DNA of 64,000 nt, from NCBI GenBank assembly GCA_002104905.1, contig MCFE01000327.1:1-64000 (forward strand). The letters are read 5' to 3'. The translations under genes and the position numbers were made by a program. This stretch comes from Basidiobolus meristosporus CBS 931.73 (lineage: Eukaryota > Fungi > Basidiobolomycota). Of this stretch, positions 22,892-36,600 are shown one piece after another. Below the pieces are notes generated by a model. It was not told the origin of the DNA. It made no database searches and was given only the letters and a program-made list of their open reading frames with translations. The number at the start of each line of letters is the position of its first letter. Positions within the stretch are counted from its first letter, which is position 1.

Positions 22892-25800
22892 TGTTATGAT
22901 CTACCACTTGAATGTTTAAGTTAGATCAGTTTTTAGTCAAATCAATTAGTGTATGTTTAGGTTATCAGTATATCAGTATTATATATGAAATCAGTAGCAT
23001 TAGTCAGCAAATGAATCAGCAGATCCTTATCAGACAGATATAGATATATTAAGTAGGATCTTATTGGGTGATGATGATGCAATCAAATGAGTCATCAGCC
23101 ACAACCTACATTAGGAAATACAATTAGTCAGCAATTGATCTGGCAAAATGTATATAAGGAGCTGCTGGAACCTCAATAAAAATCAGTTCAAGTTTTAGTG
23201 AATACAATACTAGCTAAACTCCCTATTCCTCTACAACTCTTATACCAAGACTTGTATGGAGTAATCAATGGAGTACCTGCCAAAATCATGATTGACTCTG
23301 GAGCATCACATGAGTACATGTCAGAGCAATTTGCCTTGAAAGCTGGAATCAACTCATAACCTACCAAATCAACCTCAGTCTCCACAGCTGATGGGAACTC
23401 TCACATAATCAACTGTATTACCCAGCCAGTAAGAATGAAGATCAATGACTATGAAGAAGACCTACAGGCTTATATATTTGGAAACTGCAAGTTTGACCTT
23501 GTACTTGGAAAAACCTGGCTATTTTGTTGTAATCCATCAATCAACAAGAGAACTCATGCTACTCAGATCCAGAAGGACAAGACCTATGAGCTATTACCTG
23601 TCAGACTGGATTTTAACTTGGTCAATTCCAGTATGTGTGAGACAAGTGAACTTAGTAAGACCCAGTTCTGTAGAGCACTTAGAAAAGGTACACAGATGTT
23701 CCTCATGGCAGTATTACAGGAGGATTCCGCTACCCCAGCACCCCAGCAGGTCCAGACTCTCTTGAAGAAATAATTGGATGTATTTCCAGATGAGCTTGTA
23801 AGCCTACCACCAGTCAGAGATGCGGATCATGCCATTGACACAGGCAATAGCCCTCCAGTGAGCAAGACACCTTACAGAATGAGTTCATTGGAATTGGAGG
23901 AAATGAAGAGACAAATTGATCAGCTATTGGAGCAAGGATACATCAGACCCAGCAAGTCAGCTTGGGGAGCACCAGTGCTTTTTATGAAAGAGAAGGATGG
24001 AACACTTAGGATGTGCATTGACTACGGAGCCCTGAACTCAGTTACCGTCAAGAATAAGTACCCCATACCTTGGATTGATGAGCTATTGGACCAACTTAAT
24101 GGAGCCACTATTTTCAGCAAAATTGACCTCATGCCAGGATACAACCAGATTAGGGTGAAACCAGAAGATATCCCTAAGACAGCATTCAGGACCAGATATG
24201 GACATTACAAGTACTTAGTCATGAGTTTTGGCCTCACCAATGCCCCTGCAACATTCATGACGCTAATGCAGACTGTCCTTCAGGAGTACTTAGACAGGTT
24301 TGTCATAATCTACCTGGATGACATATTGATATACAGCAAGACAGAAGAGGATCACTTGGTGCACATTGAAAAGGTCTTGAAGAAGCTAAGAGAGAGCAAG
24401 CTTTATAGCAAGCTACCCAAGTGTGAATTCTTCAAGGAACACATTGAATATCTGGGACAAATAGTGACCAGCACAGGAGTTACCTTAGACCCTACAAAGG
24501 TTGAAGTTATCAAGAATCTGAAGCAGCCCCGTAGCATATCAGAGCTCAGATCATTCCTTGGAATGGTTTCCTATTATTGGAGACTTGTCAAGTTCTTTGC
24601 AAGTATTGCAGCCCCTTTAACTGATATCCTCAAGAAAGACAATACCTACAAGTGGGACATAGCTTGTGAGACTGCCTTCCAGACACTCAAGAATGAACTT
24701 GCTAAGCTGCCAAGCTTATGATTACCAGACTTCAGAAAAGAGTTCACTCTGTGCACAGATGCTTCAGATTGTGCAATTGGTGGAGTGCTGAGCCAAGAAC
24801 ACAAGGGAAAGGACTACCCTGTTGCCTTTGAATCCAAGAAACTGAACTCAGCAGAACAAAACTATCCTGTCCATGAGAAGGAGATGCTTGCTATAATACA
24901 CTGTTTGAAGACATGGAGATGCTATATTGAAGGAGTCAAATGCACTGTGAAGACTGATCATGCCTCCCTCAAGTATACATTTACTCAGAAGGTACTCTCT
25001 AGAATAATGACAAGATGGAGTGAATACATTCAGCAATTTGACCTGGAGATTGTCTACTGCCCTGGAAAAAACAACACAGTTGCTGACGCCTTATTAAGAT
25101 TAGATCAAGTTGCACAACTCAACCTGGTGCATGAATCAGATTGGCCTAGCCTATTACCAAAGTACTTGGAGGACCAAGCCATTCCTAATGAGGTGGTTGA
25201 AGATATTAAGAAGATAATCCGTCATGAAGCCAGCAAATTTGTACACTGGATGAAACACTCTACCAAATTGTTGATGGAAGCCCTATTGCCTATTGCCCTT
25301 ATGTTTCTTGCCTGGATTTAATACATAAGCTACACAATGGATATGGACATCTTGAAATTGAAGGAACCTATAGTCTTGTGAAAGCCAGAGCATGGTGGCC
25401 CAGAATGAAACAAGACATTGAGAAGCTAGTAAAAACATGCTCAAACTGCCAAATCAATCAAGGCCAGCCACAAAGAATTGCTGAACTCTTCCCTTTGGAG
25501 CCTGTAAGACCATTTGAGAGATGGAGAATTGACTTTATTGGAAGACTGCCAACCACCAGGAAATGCAACCATTGGATCCTAGTAGCAATTGACCATGCCA
25601 CTAAATGGCCAGTTGCTAAAGCTGCATCAATAGCCAGTGAACAAGAAGTTGCAAGTTTCATTTACCATGAGATCCTGATGAAGTTTAGATGCCCTGTGGA
25701 GATCTTATCTGATAGAGGAGCAAACTTTATGGCAAAGACATTAGAGGCTTACCTGGAAATGCAGCAGATCAGACACTTGAAAACCTTGGCATATCACCCC

Positions 25801-26784
25801 AGAACTAATGGAGTCACTGAGCGGTTTAATGGATTAATTGGAAAAGTGCTGACCAAGTATGCAAATGGAGCTGTCAGTAGATGGGATGAGTATATAGACC
25901 AAGTACTCTTTGCATGCAGAGTTAGAGTACACAACACCACCCAGCAATCACCATTTTACTTAATGTATGGATGTGAACCAAGGATTCCAGGAGATCTCAC
26001 ACTACTAAAGCTTACAGACACCTTAGAAGATGAACTTGGTCAGCCAAGTAGACACCAGCAACTGAAACAAAGACCTCAAGAGGCACAAACCAAAGTATCT
26101 CAACGTGCAGAAAAGATGAAGCAGAGATTTGATAAGACTATAGCTCCAGAAGCATTGACAGTTGTGAACTTTGTTTAGCTGAGAAACAATACTTGGAAGA
26201 AGTTTGAGCCACAATGGACAAGACCATTCAAGATCATCAGAGAATGTCCATTTGCAACTTACCAACTGGTGGACAAACAAGGCAATATCCGGGAAGACTT
26301 AGTGCATAGGGACAGACTCAAGCTTGCAAGACTTGCTGATAATACTGAACCATCAAGATATTGGTATCACAAGAAAAGAGATTCAGGAGAACCTTCTCAA
26401 CTTTAGTAGGGGAGAATGTTATGATCTACCACTTGAATGTTTAAGTTGGATCAGTTTTTAGTCAAATCAATTAGTGTATGTTTAGGTTGTCAGTATATCA
26501 GTATCATCTATGAAATCAGTGGCATTAGTCAGCAAATGAATCAGCAGATCCTTATCAGACAGATATATATATATTAAGTAGGATCTTATTGGGTGATGAT
26601 GATGCAATCAAATGAGTCATCAGCCACAACCTACATTAGGAAATACAATTAGTCAGCAATTGATCTGGCAAAATGTATATAAGGAGCTGCTGGAACCTCA
26701 ATAAAAATCAGTTCAAGTTTTAGTGAATACAATACTAGCTAAACTCCCTATTCCTCTACAGCTCTTATACCAAGACTTGTAACA
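22892..26784 (+). mobile_element. Gypsy A2, gag-deleted, inserted in the Copia 5' LTR
   Basis: LTRs 22892-23256 and 26417-26784 (7 differences); TSD GAAG at 22888-22891 and 26785-26788; PPT agtaggggagaa. Confidence 0.93.
23257..26400 (+). pseudogene. pol: A2 pol (PR, RT, RNase H, IN)
   Basis: ORFs 23774-24721 (YLDD), 24785-25321 and 25378-26178 (IDFIG, SDRG, NGVTERFN). Confidence 0.93.
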
Positions 26785-27029
26785 GAAGATCAAATCAGCA
26801 CCTTTACAAGCATTACATACTAATCCTGACACTGTTACAAAAGCTCCTGAGTGTTGAGAAGCTCTCCATACTTAGCATTACAATTATATTACTTCTAAAA
26901 AGGTGTGAATACTCAGCTTCCTTATGAATAAACAACAGCTCAACTACTATCACTATTTCTTTATAGATTCCTGACATCCAAATCACTTCTTAAATTGCAA
27001 CAGGCTATAGGCCCTGATTGCCTTAATCT

Positions 27030-30000
27030 ATTTTAGTGACGACATATATCAGCAAACAGAGCAATACAAACATCTTTCTTGTAAAGGAGAGGTTTGATGG
27101 GAAAAACAACAGACTTTGGAAAATCAATATCAGATCCACCTTGAGGAAAGAATGCTTTGTAATATAGTAGCAGGAAGAGAAGTTAAGCTCAAAGGAGCAG
27201 CAGAAGAAGTGGAGAGGCTTCAAGAGAAGGAGAGAAGAGGCTGTAATGCCATATGTATCAATGTGCAAGATTCCTTCACTGGACAGACTCATGCTTCAAC
27301 TACTGCCCAAGCAGCACAGGAGTCCTTAGAGATGATTTTTGGTGCAAAGTTAGTATCAAGTAAGCTTTGTTTAAGTCAAAAGTTTGCTAACATGAGGGAG
27401 AAGTCAGATGATGACATGCTACAGCTCACAACCAGAATGAGTCACTGGCAGAAGAGCTCTTCAGTATTAATGCTTGCGTAGATGATGAAGAAAAGACACC
27501 ATGTCTGCTTTGCAGCTTACCAGACAAGTGTAAGCTGCTAATACTCTCTTTTGAAAGTAGAGAAGACAATCTGACCTGAGACTATGGCAAAGGAAGACTT
27601 CTCCACAAAGAACTACAGCATAATGATCAAGCAGAGAAAATTAAAGATAATGCTTTATGCAGCTTAGAAAGGCACACAGAAAAGAAGGGAAAGCACCAAA
27701 GCCAAAGAAAACCTGATTACCAGAACTACTGTAAGAGGCCAGGATACTGCGCAAGAGAATTCAAGAAGAAACAAGCAGACAAAAAACAGAAACTAGGGCA
27801 GCCAAATAATATAAGAACTGATAAACAGTTATTTGTAACTTTTTAAGAGAATGCAAGTAACCATAGTAATGAATGGTGTATTGACTTTGGTGCAGCACAG
27901 CATATTTGTGGTACAATGGAGTGATCCTTCAACTCAAAAACTATTCTGGTACAAAAGAATTATATGGGAGACAACTCTGCACTGGAAGCTACTGCTGGTG
28001 GGTCTATACTGCTAAATATGTGTAATATCTCAGGGGTAAAAGCAGCAAAACTGACTAACGTACTCTATGAGCCTGGAATAGCAAAAATCTACTCTGAGCC
28101 AGTAAAGCAACTGCTCAGGGATTAAAGCTTGTTTTTTCTGAGCTGGCTGCTCAATATTGTGTCAAAATAGACAAATGTTAGCTTTGGGAATCAGAGATCA
28201 AATATATACCAGTTGCAATGTAGGATTATTGTAGCTAAGAATGTTATCACTGCTGTAGCTGATGATACAAACTGGAAGATGTGGCATAGGAGGCTAAGAC
28301 ACACTGGGGAACTAAGATGAGGCAACCACCAAAAAACCAACCTGTTTTGGGCCCAGATTACTCAATTCCAACCAAAATGAGTATCTGTAAGGGATGATCA
28401 TATGGCAGACAAACTAGGCAACATCTCAGGAGCTTAGGAGACATCAACACTACTAAAATATTGGCTATTGTACACTAATATATATTGGCCACCATGAGAA
28501 CACTGATTTTTTAGAGCTAACAGATACTTTGTGACATTTATTGATTACAAGACAAGGTATATGTGGGTGTACTTTCTCAAAGCAAAGGATAAGGCATTAG
28601 AGATGTTTAAGCACTTTGGGAGCATGGTAGAAGCACTACTGGGTGTAAACTGAAGGTATTTTGGGGTGACAATGGAAGGCATTACTATATAAAGCAATTT
28701 GTAAAATACTGCGCCTCTACTGGTATACTTCAACATACCACTGGTCACCATACTCCACAGCAAAATGGAGTAGTAGAGAGTGCAAAGTGCACAATAGTGA
28801 AGATAGGAATATCTATGCTATATGATAAGGGAATGCAATACAGGTTTTGGGCTGAATCTGATACTACCATGGTATACATCAGGAATGGGGGCCTAACAAC
28901 AGCATCAGGTGACTGTACACCCTTTGAGGCATATACAGGCAAAAAACCAGACCTCCAGCATCTCAGGTTCTTTGGCACTGATGCTTTTTATCACATCCAT
29001 GACAAAAACACTCAAAATTAGAAACAAAGATTAGAAAAGGGATCTTTGTTGCATACTATGAGGATAGTAAAGGGTATAGAGTCTATGATATCATAAATCT
29101 AAAGCAGATCATGTGTAGGGAGGTTGTACTTGAGTAGAATATAGATCCAAAAGCCACTGAAATCGTTGGTCAGCTGCCTTATGCTGCAATTAACACTAAT
29201 GTAGAAGATACATACCTAATTCAGCCAGATACTGAAGATACTTTGACCAGCCATAGGTCAGAGCCAGTTATCCCAGTTAGGAGATCTACCAGAATAAGAA
29301 ATGCCCCTGGATCCTGGTGGCAAACATCCAATGATCATGAAGAAGCTTATCTTGCTAAATGTGCCAAACCCCAGAATCTATAAAGGGCAATGCAAAGTCT
29401 AGATGCTACAATGTGCAACAAGCCATACAGTAGGAGTACCAATCACTGATCAGGGCATAATTGTGAGAACTAGTTGATTTACCAAATGGGAGAAAGCCTA
29501 TAGGATGTAGATGGGTCTACATCATCAGAATAGCTCAAATATGGAGCAAAAATTTCCCTATCAATCAACAACTGGTAGCTTAATATACTTGGTGGTGTCT
29601 ACATATTCAGACATTGCAGTAGCAGCTGGAGGAATGAGGCAATTAATGCATAATAATGGTCAGATCAGATTACAGCAGTCAAGCGGATTTTAAACTATTT
29701 ACAAGGTATTATTAATATGGTCTGCAATACTCTGGAGTAGCTTAAAGGCAGCATTTAGATGGTCATAATGGTTTAGATTGGGGTAGGGATCTGATTGACA
29801 GAAATTCTACCACTGGGCATCTATTTTTTTATGCTGGTGCAGCTATTACCTGGAATTGCAAGAGGTTACCAACAGAGGCTCTATCTGCAGCTAAAGTTGA
29901 GTATATAGCTGCCTGTCAAGCAACTAAGGAGGCTCTATGGCTAGAAAAGTTTCTCAAAAACCTAGACTTCAACTCAAATGAGCCAACATGTATCTAAAAG

Positions 30001-30210
30001 AATAATGGGAGTTGTATTTCATTAGCTAGGGATCCTACTAATCATGCCAGAACTAAGCACAGAGATATCAAAACCACTTTGTGAGGGAAGCTGTAAAAAA
30101 TAACTTTATGGAGTCAGTTTACTGTCCAACTGACAAGATGGTGGTAGATATATTGACAAAGCCACTTGCCAGGCCACAATTTGAGTATCTAAGAGAGGAA
30201 TTAGGACTGA
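27030..30210 (+). pseudogene. pol: Copia gag-PR-IN-RT-RH; most of RT deleted near 29530
   Basis: ERFDGKN..LWK (gag), FWAE..T.VYIRN and TPFEAYTGKKPDLQHLRFFG (IN), PYQSTTGSLIYL (RT), HARTKH.DIK (RNase H). Confidence 0.85.
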
Positions 30211-30609
30211 GAAATTATTTAATCAAGGGGAAGTATTGAAATATTGGACTTTTTGTGTCATTCAGCGGCTAAGAGTTTACTTAGATTATCCGGACTAGTC
30301 TTAGTCACTTCAGAACTAGCCTACAGCCCTAGCTTTGCCACTTTCCTCAGATCCATGATCCCATGCTTATTCCCCTATCAACAAGACAAAATTAGTACTT
30401 TTACCAAACATTATACTCTAACCCTGAGACTGTTACAGAATGCTCCTGAGTGTTGAGAAGCCCTCTTTACTTAGTTCCACAGTTGTATTACTTTTACAAA
30501 GGTGTGAATACTAAGCTCTCTTATGAATAATAAAATATTCAACTTTTATCATTATTTCTTGATAGGTTCCTCATATCTAAATCACTTCTTAAGTTGTACA
30601 ATAGAACAC

Positions 30610-32340
30610 TATGAAAATAATTGTAAGGATCCCACTCAAGGCTATTGAAAATTTACAGTCCTGTGACTAAGCAGTGTTGATCCTACCAGGACACAATCCA
30701 TGGACTGTTGAGAATAATTGTACCCTCAATTTCATTACCATGTTTGTCAAAATTCTTCACAAAAACAATACACAAGTAGCTTTTGATTGGGTCTCTGCCA
30801 ATTCTGTCACTTTCTGCTCCCATTCACTCAATCATCCTTATAGATTGTGTACATTACTGGGCTATTGCCTCTTTTTCATACTCCTTACTTCCTGACTCAA
30901 TCAATTTTCTTACTATTCATGTATACAAATTAAGATATTTCTGTAGAAACTTCAGTTGTGCCTCAATTGCAGCTTGAAATGTACTATACAACTGATTCCC
31001 ATATCTCATAGTCTTCAGCTTGCACTGCAAGCTTGAGCAGCTCATTGGCCAGTTGTTGCAACTAATCCTTGCAGTATCATGTAAATTCTTGTGAACACTG
31101 CTCTTGAAGAAGTGCTCTCACCTCATAGTGTCCCATCAATGTTCCAAAACTCCACTGTAGGCCTTACAATAGTCTTTTGAGCTCTTGATATTGTTGCTCT
31201 CTCTGTCAGTTGGATCTCCACTCTCTTTACAATGCAGGACATAGAGGCAGTGGTAGATAAATCTCTTTTCTCTGCAACCTCATCTACCTAAGTGGAGTGT
31301 AGCCAAACTGGCAGTGCTCCCAACTCTTGAGAAGCAGCTTTTGTCTTGATATTGATTCTTCTTAACTTTGATAAGATTCCACCTTCTCTGGGCTGACAGC
31401 ATTAATTAGTCAAGGGTGCAGGTTTTTTCTCATGCCTCCCTGTCTCTGGCTTGGGTAGACTGTTTCTCTTTATCTTGACCTTTATCACTGCCAAGTCTTT
31501 AGTTGTTATTGGACTGAGTGCTCATAGTACTGAGCTTCATAATTCTAGTTGATGAATGCTGCACTGGTGTATCTGCTTCTGTCTGCTTGTCCCCTGCTGG
31601 CACTCTACTGGCACCTGATGTTTCTTTCCTACTTGCATGGAACTATCAGCCCTGCTTGCAATAGATTCCTGTGAAAGCCGTAGGTGTATAACACTGTCAT
31701 GTGCTTGATTGCTAATATGACCAAGTGGGTCTTGTATTGTACTTTGTATTCTCCATCATGAATGCTGTACCTGTGTATTAAGTTTTGCCTGCCTATCCCT
31801 TGCCAGCACACTTTTGGAAACCAAATATTTCTCTGCTGCTTGTATGCAGCTTCCAGCTCTGCTTCTAGTGGGCTCCTGACAATGACATAGGCTTTTATAC
31901 TGTTAAGTGTTTCACTTTTACTGCAACTTAATACTGTTTATGTTGTACAGCAATTTCTCCTTGATGAATGCTGCACTGATGCATCTGTTTCTGCCTGCCT
32001 GTCCCTTGCTGGCCTCTTCTGGTTACCTGATGAATCTTGGCTGCTTACTTCTTGCTTTCAGCCCTACTTGTGACAAGCTCTTGAGGAAGCTGCTGGATCT
32101 TATCTTTGGCACCCTTGTTCTTCTGCATTTAAAAGCTCTGGCTATTCTGGAGATACTTTCTTAGCATACAAGTGCTGGCCCAAGATCTGGTTGCTTGCCT
32201 GAGTCCAGGATAATGCCCATGGAAGATGTTGAACACATTCTGTTTAGTCTTCAGCTCCTGATGGCCAATGGTATGCTGGCCATTATGTGATGCCATGCCG
32301 GACTTCTAACAGCCTGTGATGTATTAGCCCACTGTTAATA
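30610..32340 (-). mobile_element. Divergent family B left arm plus ORF2 fragment
   Basis: Similar to 16740-18370. Confidence 0.7.
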
Positions 32341-32355
32341 ATTGTATTCAATGGC

Positions 32356-32480
32356 TGTTGAAATATTGGACCATTTGGTATCATTCAACAGCTAACAACT
32401 TATTTAACAACTCTAGACTAGTCTTGGTCACTGTTGGACTAGTTTACAGCCCTAACTTTAGCCAGTTTCTTTAGATCTAT
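32356..32480 (+). repeat. Copia LTR fragment
   Basis: tgttgaaatattggaccatttggtatcattcaacagct matches 22739 and 30234. Confidence 0.75.
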
Positions 32481-32907
32481 GATTCTTTAAAATTCTCCTA
32501 TAGAGTGTATAGTGTTCCCCTGCTGCTACACTAAAATATGGCTCACTTTTTGACTGTGACATTGGGCTACCTGGGTTCCATTCTTGTAGCAAAGATACTG
32601 CATTCTCTACCTGGGATATTGTTTTCTCATCACCTTTTATATGATCATCCTGCTTCTGAACTATTTCCAGATTTCTCTGAGCCATTGCATTTATACTGCC
32701 AGCCACTGCAACTAACTGCCGTTTAATACTCTGGTATATACTGATCACATACTAGCTAATACAGGTAGTGGTGGTGCAATGATAGATACTTGCTGCTCTT
32801 CAACCAAATGTACTCCACTACTACATTCTGATCTTCCAGAGCTTTACAATTTACTGGCAGCCCCATAAAGAGTTTCATTGCCTACCAGGCTAAGAGCCTG
32901 AGGATTA

Positions 32908-33113
32908 TGTAGAAATATTGGACTATTTGGCATCATTGAGCAGCTAAAAGTTTACTTGGCAATTCTGGGATAGTCATGGCTACTGCAGGGCTAACCAACA
33001 CCCCTAGTGTTGCCACTTTGATAAGATCTTTGATCCTGTAATTATTCCCCCATAGTCAAGATTAAGTTGGCACTTTTGACCAAACATAATGCACTACCCT
33101 GAAGCTGTTACAG
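32908..33113 (+). repeat. Copia LTR fragment interrupted by a family A LTR
   Basis: tgtagaaatattggact...gctgttacag aligns to 30234-30440. Confidence 0.75.
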
Positions 33114-33608
33114 TGTTAAAAGTCTTGGTGTAGGAGTTATAGAGGAATAGGGATTTTATCTAGTACTGTATTCACTGGCACTTGAACTGATTCTTAGTGA
33201 GGTTCCAGCAGCTCCTTATATACATTTTTACCTGATCAATTGCCAACTAATTATATTTCCTAATATAGGCTGTGGCTGATGACTCATTTGAGTGCATCAG
33301 CATCACCCAATAAGATCGTACTTAATATATCTATTTCTGTCTAATGAGGATCTGCTGATTCATCTGCTGATTTGTATGCTGATTAATGCTCCTAATTTGA
33401 TAGATAACATTGATATACTTATAGGCCAAACATATGACTAAATGATTTGACTAAAAGCTGATCTAAATTAAACATTCAAGCAATAGATCAAAACATTTTT
33501 CCCCTACTAAAGTTGAGAGGGTTCTCCTGAATCTCTTATCTTATGATACCAATATCTTGAAGGTTTAATATTGTTGGCAAGTCTTGCAAGCTTAAATCTG
33601 TCTCTATG
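33114..33608 (-). mobile_element. Family A 3' LTR (33114-33495) plus PPT and 113 bp of integrase tail
   Basis: LTR similarity; tttttcccctactaaagttgagagggttctcc matches the A2 3' end. Confidence 0.8.
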
Positions 33609-36600
33609 CGTTACAAGTCTTGGTATAAGAGTTGTAGAGGAATAAGGAGTTTAGCTAGTATTGTATTCACTAAAACTTGAACTGATCTTTATTGGGATTC
33701 CAGCAGCTCCTTATATACATTTTTACCAGATCAATTGCTGACTAATTGTATTTCCTAATGTAGGCTGTGGCAGATGACTCATTTGAGTGCATCAGCATCA
33801 CCCATTAGGATCCTACTTAGTATATCTATTTCTGTCTGATGAGGATTTGATGATTCATCGGCTGATTAATGCTCCTAATTAGATAGATGACATTTATATA
33901 CTAATAGACCAAACATAGGACTATATGATTTGACTAAAAGCTGATCTAACTTAAGCACTCATGCAACAGATCATAACATTCTCCCCTGCTAAAGTTGAGA
34001 TGATTCTCCTGAACCTCTTTTTTTGTGATACCAATATCTTGATGGTTCAGTATTATCAGCAAGTCTTGCAAGCTTGAGTCTGTCCATATGCACTAAGTCT
34101 TCCCAGATATTGCCTTGTTTGTCCACCAGTTGGTAAGTTGCAAATGGACATTCTCTGATGATCTTGAATGGTCTTGTCCATTGTGGCTCAAACTTCTTCC
34201 AAGTATTGTTTCTCAGCTAAACAAAGTTCACAACTGTCAATGCTTCTGGAGCTATAGTCTTATCAAATCTCTGCTTCATCTTTTCTGCACGTTGAGATAC
34301 TTTGGTTTGTGCCTCTTGAGGTCTTTGTTTCAGTTGCTGGTGTCTACTTGGATGACCGAGTTCATCTTCTAAGGTGTCTGTAAGCTTTGGTTGTGTGAGA
34401 TCTCCTGGAATCCTTGGTTCACATCCATACATTGAGTAAAATGGTGATTGCTGGGTGGTGTTGTGTACTCTGACTCTGCATGCAAAGAGTACTTGGTCTA
34501 TGTACTCATCCCATCTACTGACAACTCCATTTGCATACTTGGTGCGCATTTTTCAAAATAATCCATTAAACCGCTCAGTGACTCCATTAGTTCTGGGGTG
34601 ATATGCCAAGGTTTTCAAGTGTTTGATCTGCAGCATTTCCAGGTAAGCTTCTGATGTCTTTGCCATAAAGTTTGCACCTCTTTTGGATGGAATCTCTACA
34701 GGGCATCCAAACTTCATAAAGATTTCATGGTAGATGAAACTTGCAACTTCTTGTTCACTGGCTATAGGTACAGCATTAGCCACTGGCCATTTTGTGGCAT
34801 GGTCAATTGCCACTAGGATCCAATGATTATATTTCCTTGTAGTTGGCAGTCTTCCAATAAAGTCAATTCCCCATCATTCTAATGGTCTTACAGGCTCCAG
34901 GGAAAGAGTTCAGCACTTCTCTGTGGTTGGCCTTGGTTTATTTGGAAATTTGGGGATGTTTTCACTAGCTTCTCAATGTCTGGTTTCATTCTGGGCCACC
35001 ATGCTCTGGCTTTCACAAGACTATAGTTTCCTTCAATTCCAAGATGTCCATATCCATTGTGTAGCTTATGTATTAAGTCCAGGCAAGAAACATAAGGGCA
35101 ATAGGCAATAGGGCTTCCATCAACAATTTGGTAGAGTGCTTCATCCTGTAATACAGATTTGCTGGCTTCATCCCAGATTATCTTCTTGATATCTTCATCC
35201 ACCTCATTAGGTATGGCTTGGTCCTCCAAGTACTTTGGTAATAGGCTAGGCCAATTGGACTCATGCACCAAGTTGAGTTGTGCAACTTGATCTAATCTTG
35301 ATAAGGCATCAGCAACCGTATTGTTTTTTCAAGGGCAGTAGACAATCTCCAAGTCAAATTGCTGAATGTATTCACTCCATCTTGTCATTCTTCTAGTAAG
35401 TATCTTCTGAGTGAATATATACTTGAGGGAGGCATGATCAGTCTTGACAGTGCATTTGACTCCTTCAATATAGCGTCTCCCTGTCTTCAAACAGTGTATT
35501 AAAGCAAGCATCTCTGTCTTATTGACTGGATGGTCTTGTTCTGCTGAGTTTGGTTTCTTTGATTTAAAGGCTAGGGTAGTTCTTTCCCTTGTGTTCTTGG
35601 CTCAACACTCCACAAATTGCATAATCTGAAGCGTCTGTGCACATAGTAAACTTTTTGCTGAAGTCTGGTATTCTTAAGCTTGGCAGCTTGGCAAGTTCAT
35701 TCTTGAGCATCTGGGAGGCAGTCTCACAAGCTATGTCCCACTTGTAGGTTTTGTCTTTCTTGAGGACGTCAGTTGAAGGGGCTGCAATGCTTGCAAAGAA
35801 CTTGACAAGTCTCCAATAATAGGAAACCATTCCAATGAATGATCTGAGCGCTGATATGCTATGGGGCTGCTTCAGATTCTTGACAACTTCAGCCTTCTTA
35901 GGGTCTAAGGTTACTCCTGTGCTAGTCACTATTTGTCCCAGATATTCAATGTGTTCCTTGAAGAATTCACACTTGGCTAGCTTGCCATAAAGCTTGCTCT
36001 ATCTTAGCTTCTTCAAAACCTTTTCAATGTGCACCAAGTGATCCTCTTCTGACTTGCTGTATATCAATATATCATCTAGGTAGATTATGACAAACTTGTC
36101 CAAGTACTCCTGGAAGACACTCTGTATCAGGGTCATGAATGTTGCAGGGGCATTGGTGAGGCCAAAACTCATGACTAAGTAGTTGTAATGTCCATATCTG
36201 TTCCTAGACAACATCTTAGGGATGTGTTCTGGCTTCACCCTGCTCTGATTGTATCATGACATGAGGTCAATCTTGCTGAAAATAGTGACTCCATTGAGTT
36301 GGTCCAAAAGCTCATCAATCTAAGGTATGGGGTACTTATTCTTCATAGTAAATGAGTTGAGGGCTATGCAGTTAATGCTCATCCCAAGTGTTCCATCCTT
36401 CTTTTTTGCAAAAAGCACTGGTGTTCCCAAAGGTGACTTGGGTCCAATATATCCTAGCTCCAATATCTGATCTATTTGTCTCTTCATCTTCCAATTGCAA
36501 TGGACTCATTTGATAGGGTGTCCTACTCACTGGGGTGCTATCTCCTGTGTCAATGGCCTGATCCACCTCTCTGACTCATTGTAGGCTTACAAGTTCATCT

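Larger units (their letters stand above)
22739..30603 (+). mobile_element. Degenerate Ty1/Copia element; its 5' LTR is split by Gypsy A2
   Basis: 5' LTR 22739-22891 + 26789-27002; 3' LTR 30234-~30600; copia-type PBS ggctataggccc at 27003; PPT aatcaaggggaag. Confidence 0.88.

Noticed and set aside
22892-26784. Classical RIP (CpA>TpA) suggested by TpG/TpA differences between the A2 LTRs and by TA at some LTR termini (16059, 30234, 44443)
   Set aside because: Other A LTRs carry the TpA state at those sites, so the polarity is against RIP. A few mutated termini are expected in old copies. A proper RIP index on alignments is needed.
22734-30610. 5-bp TSD for the Copia element
   Set aside because: Left flank gtaat does not match the right flank; the flanks appear rearranged
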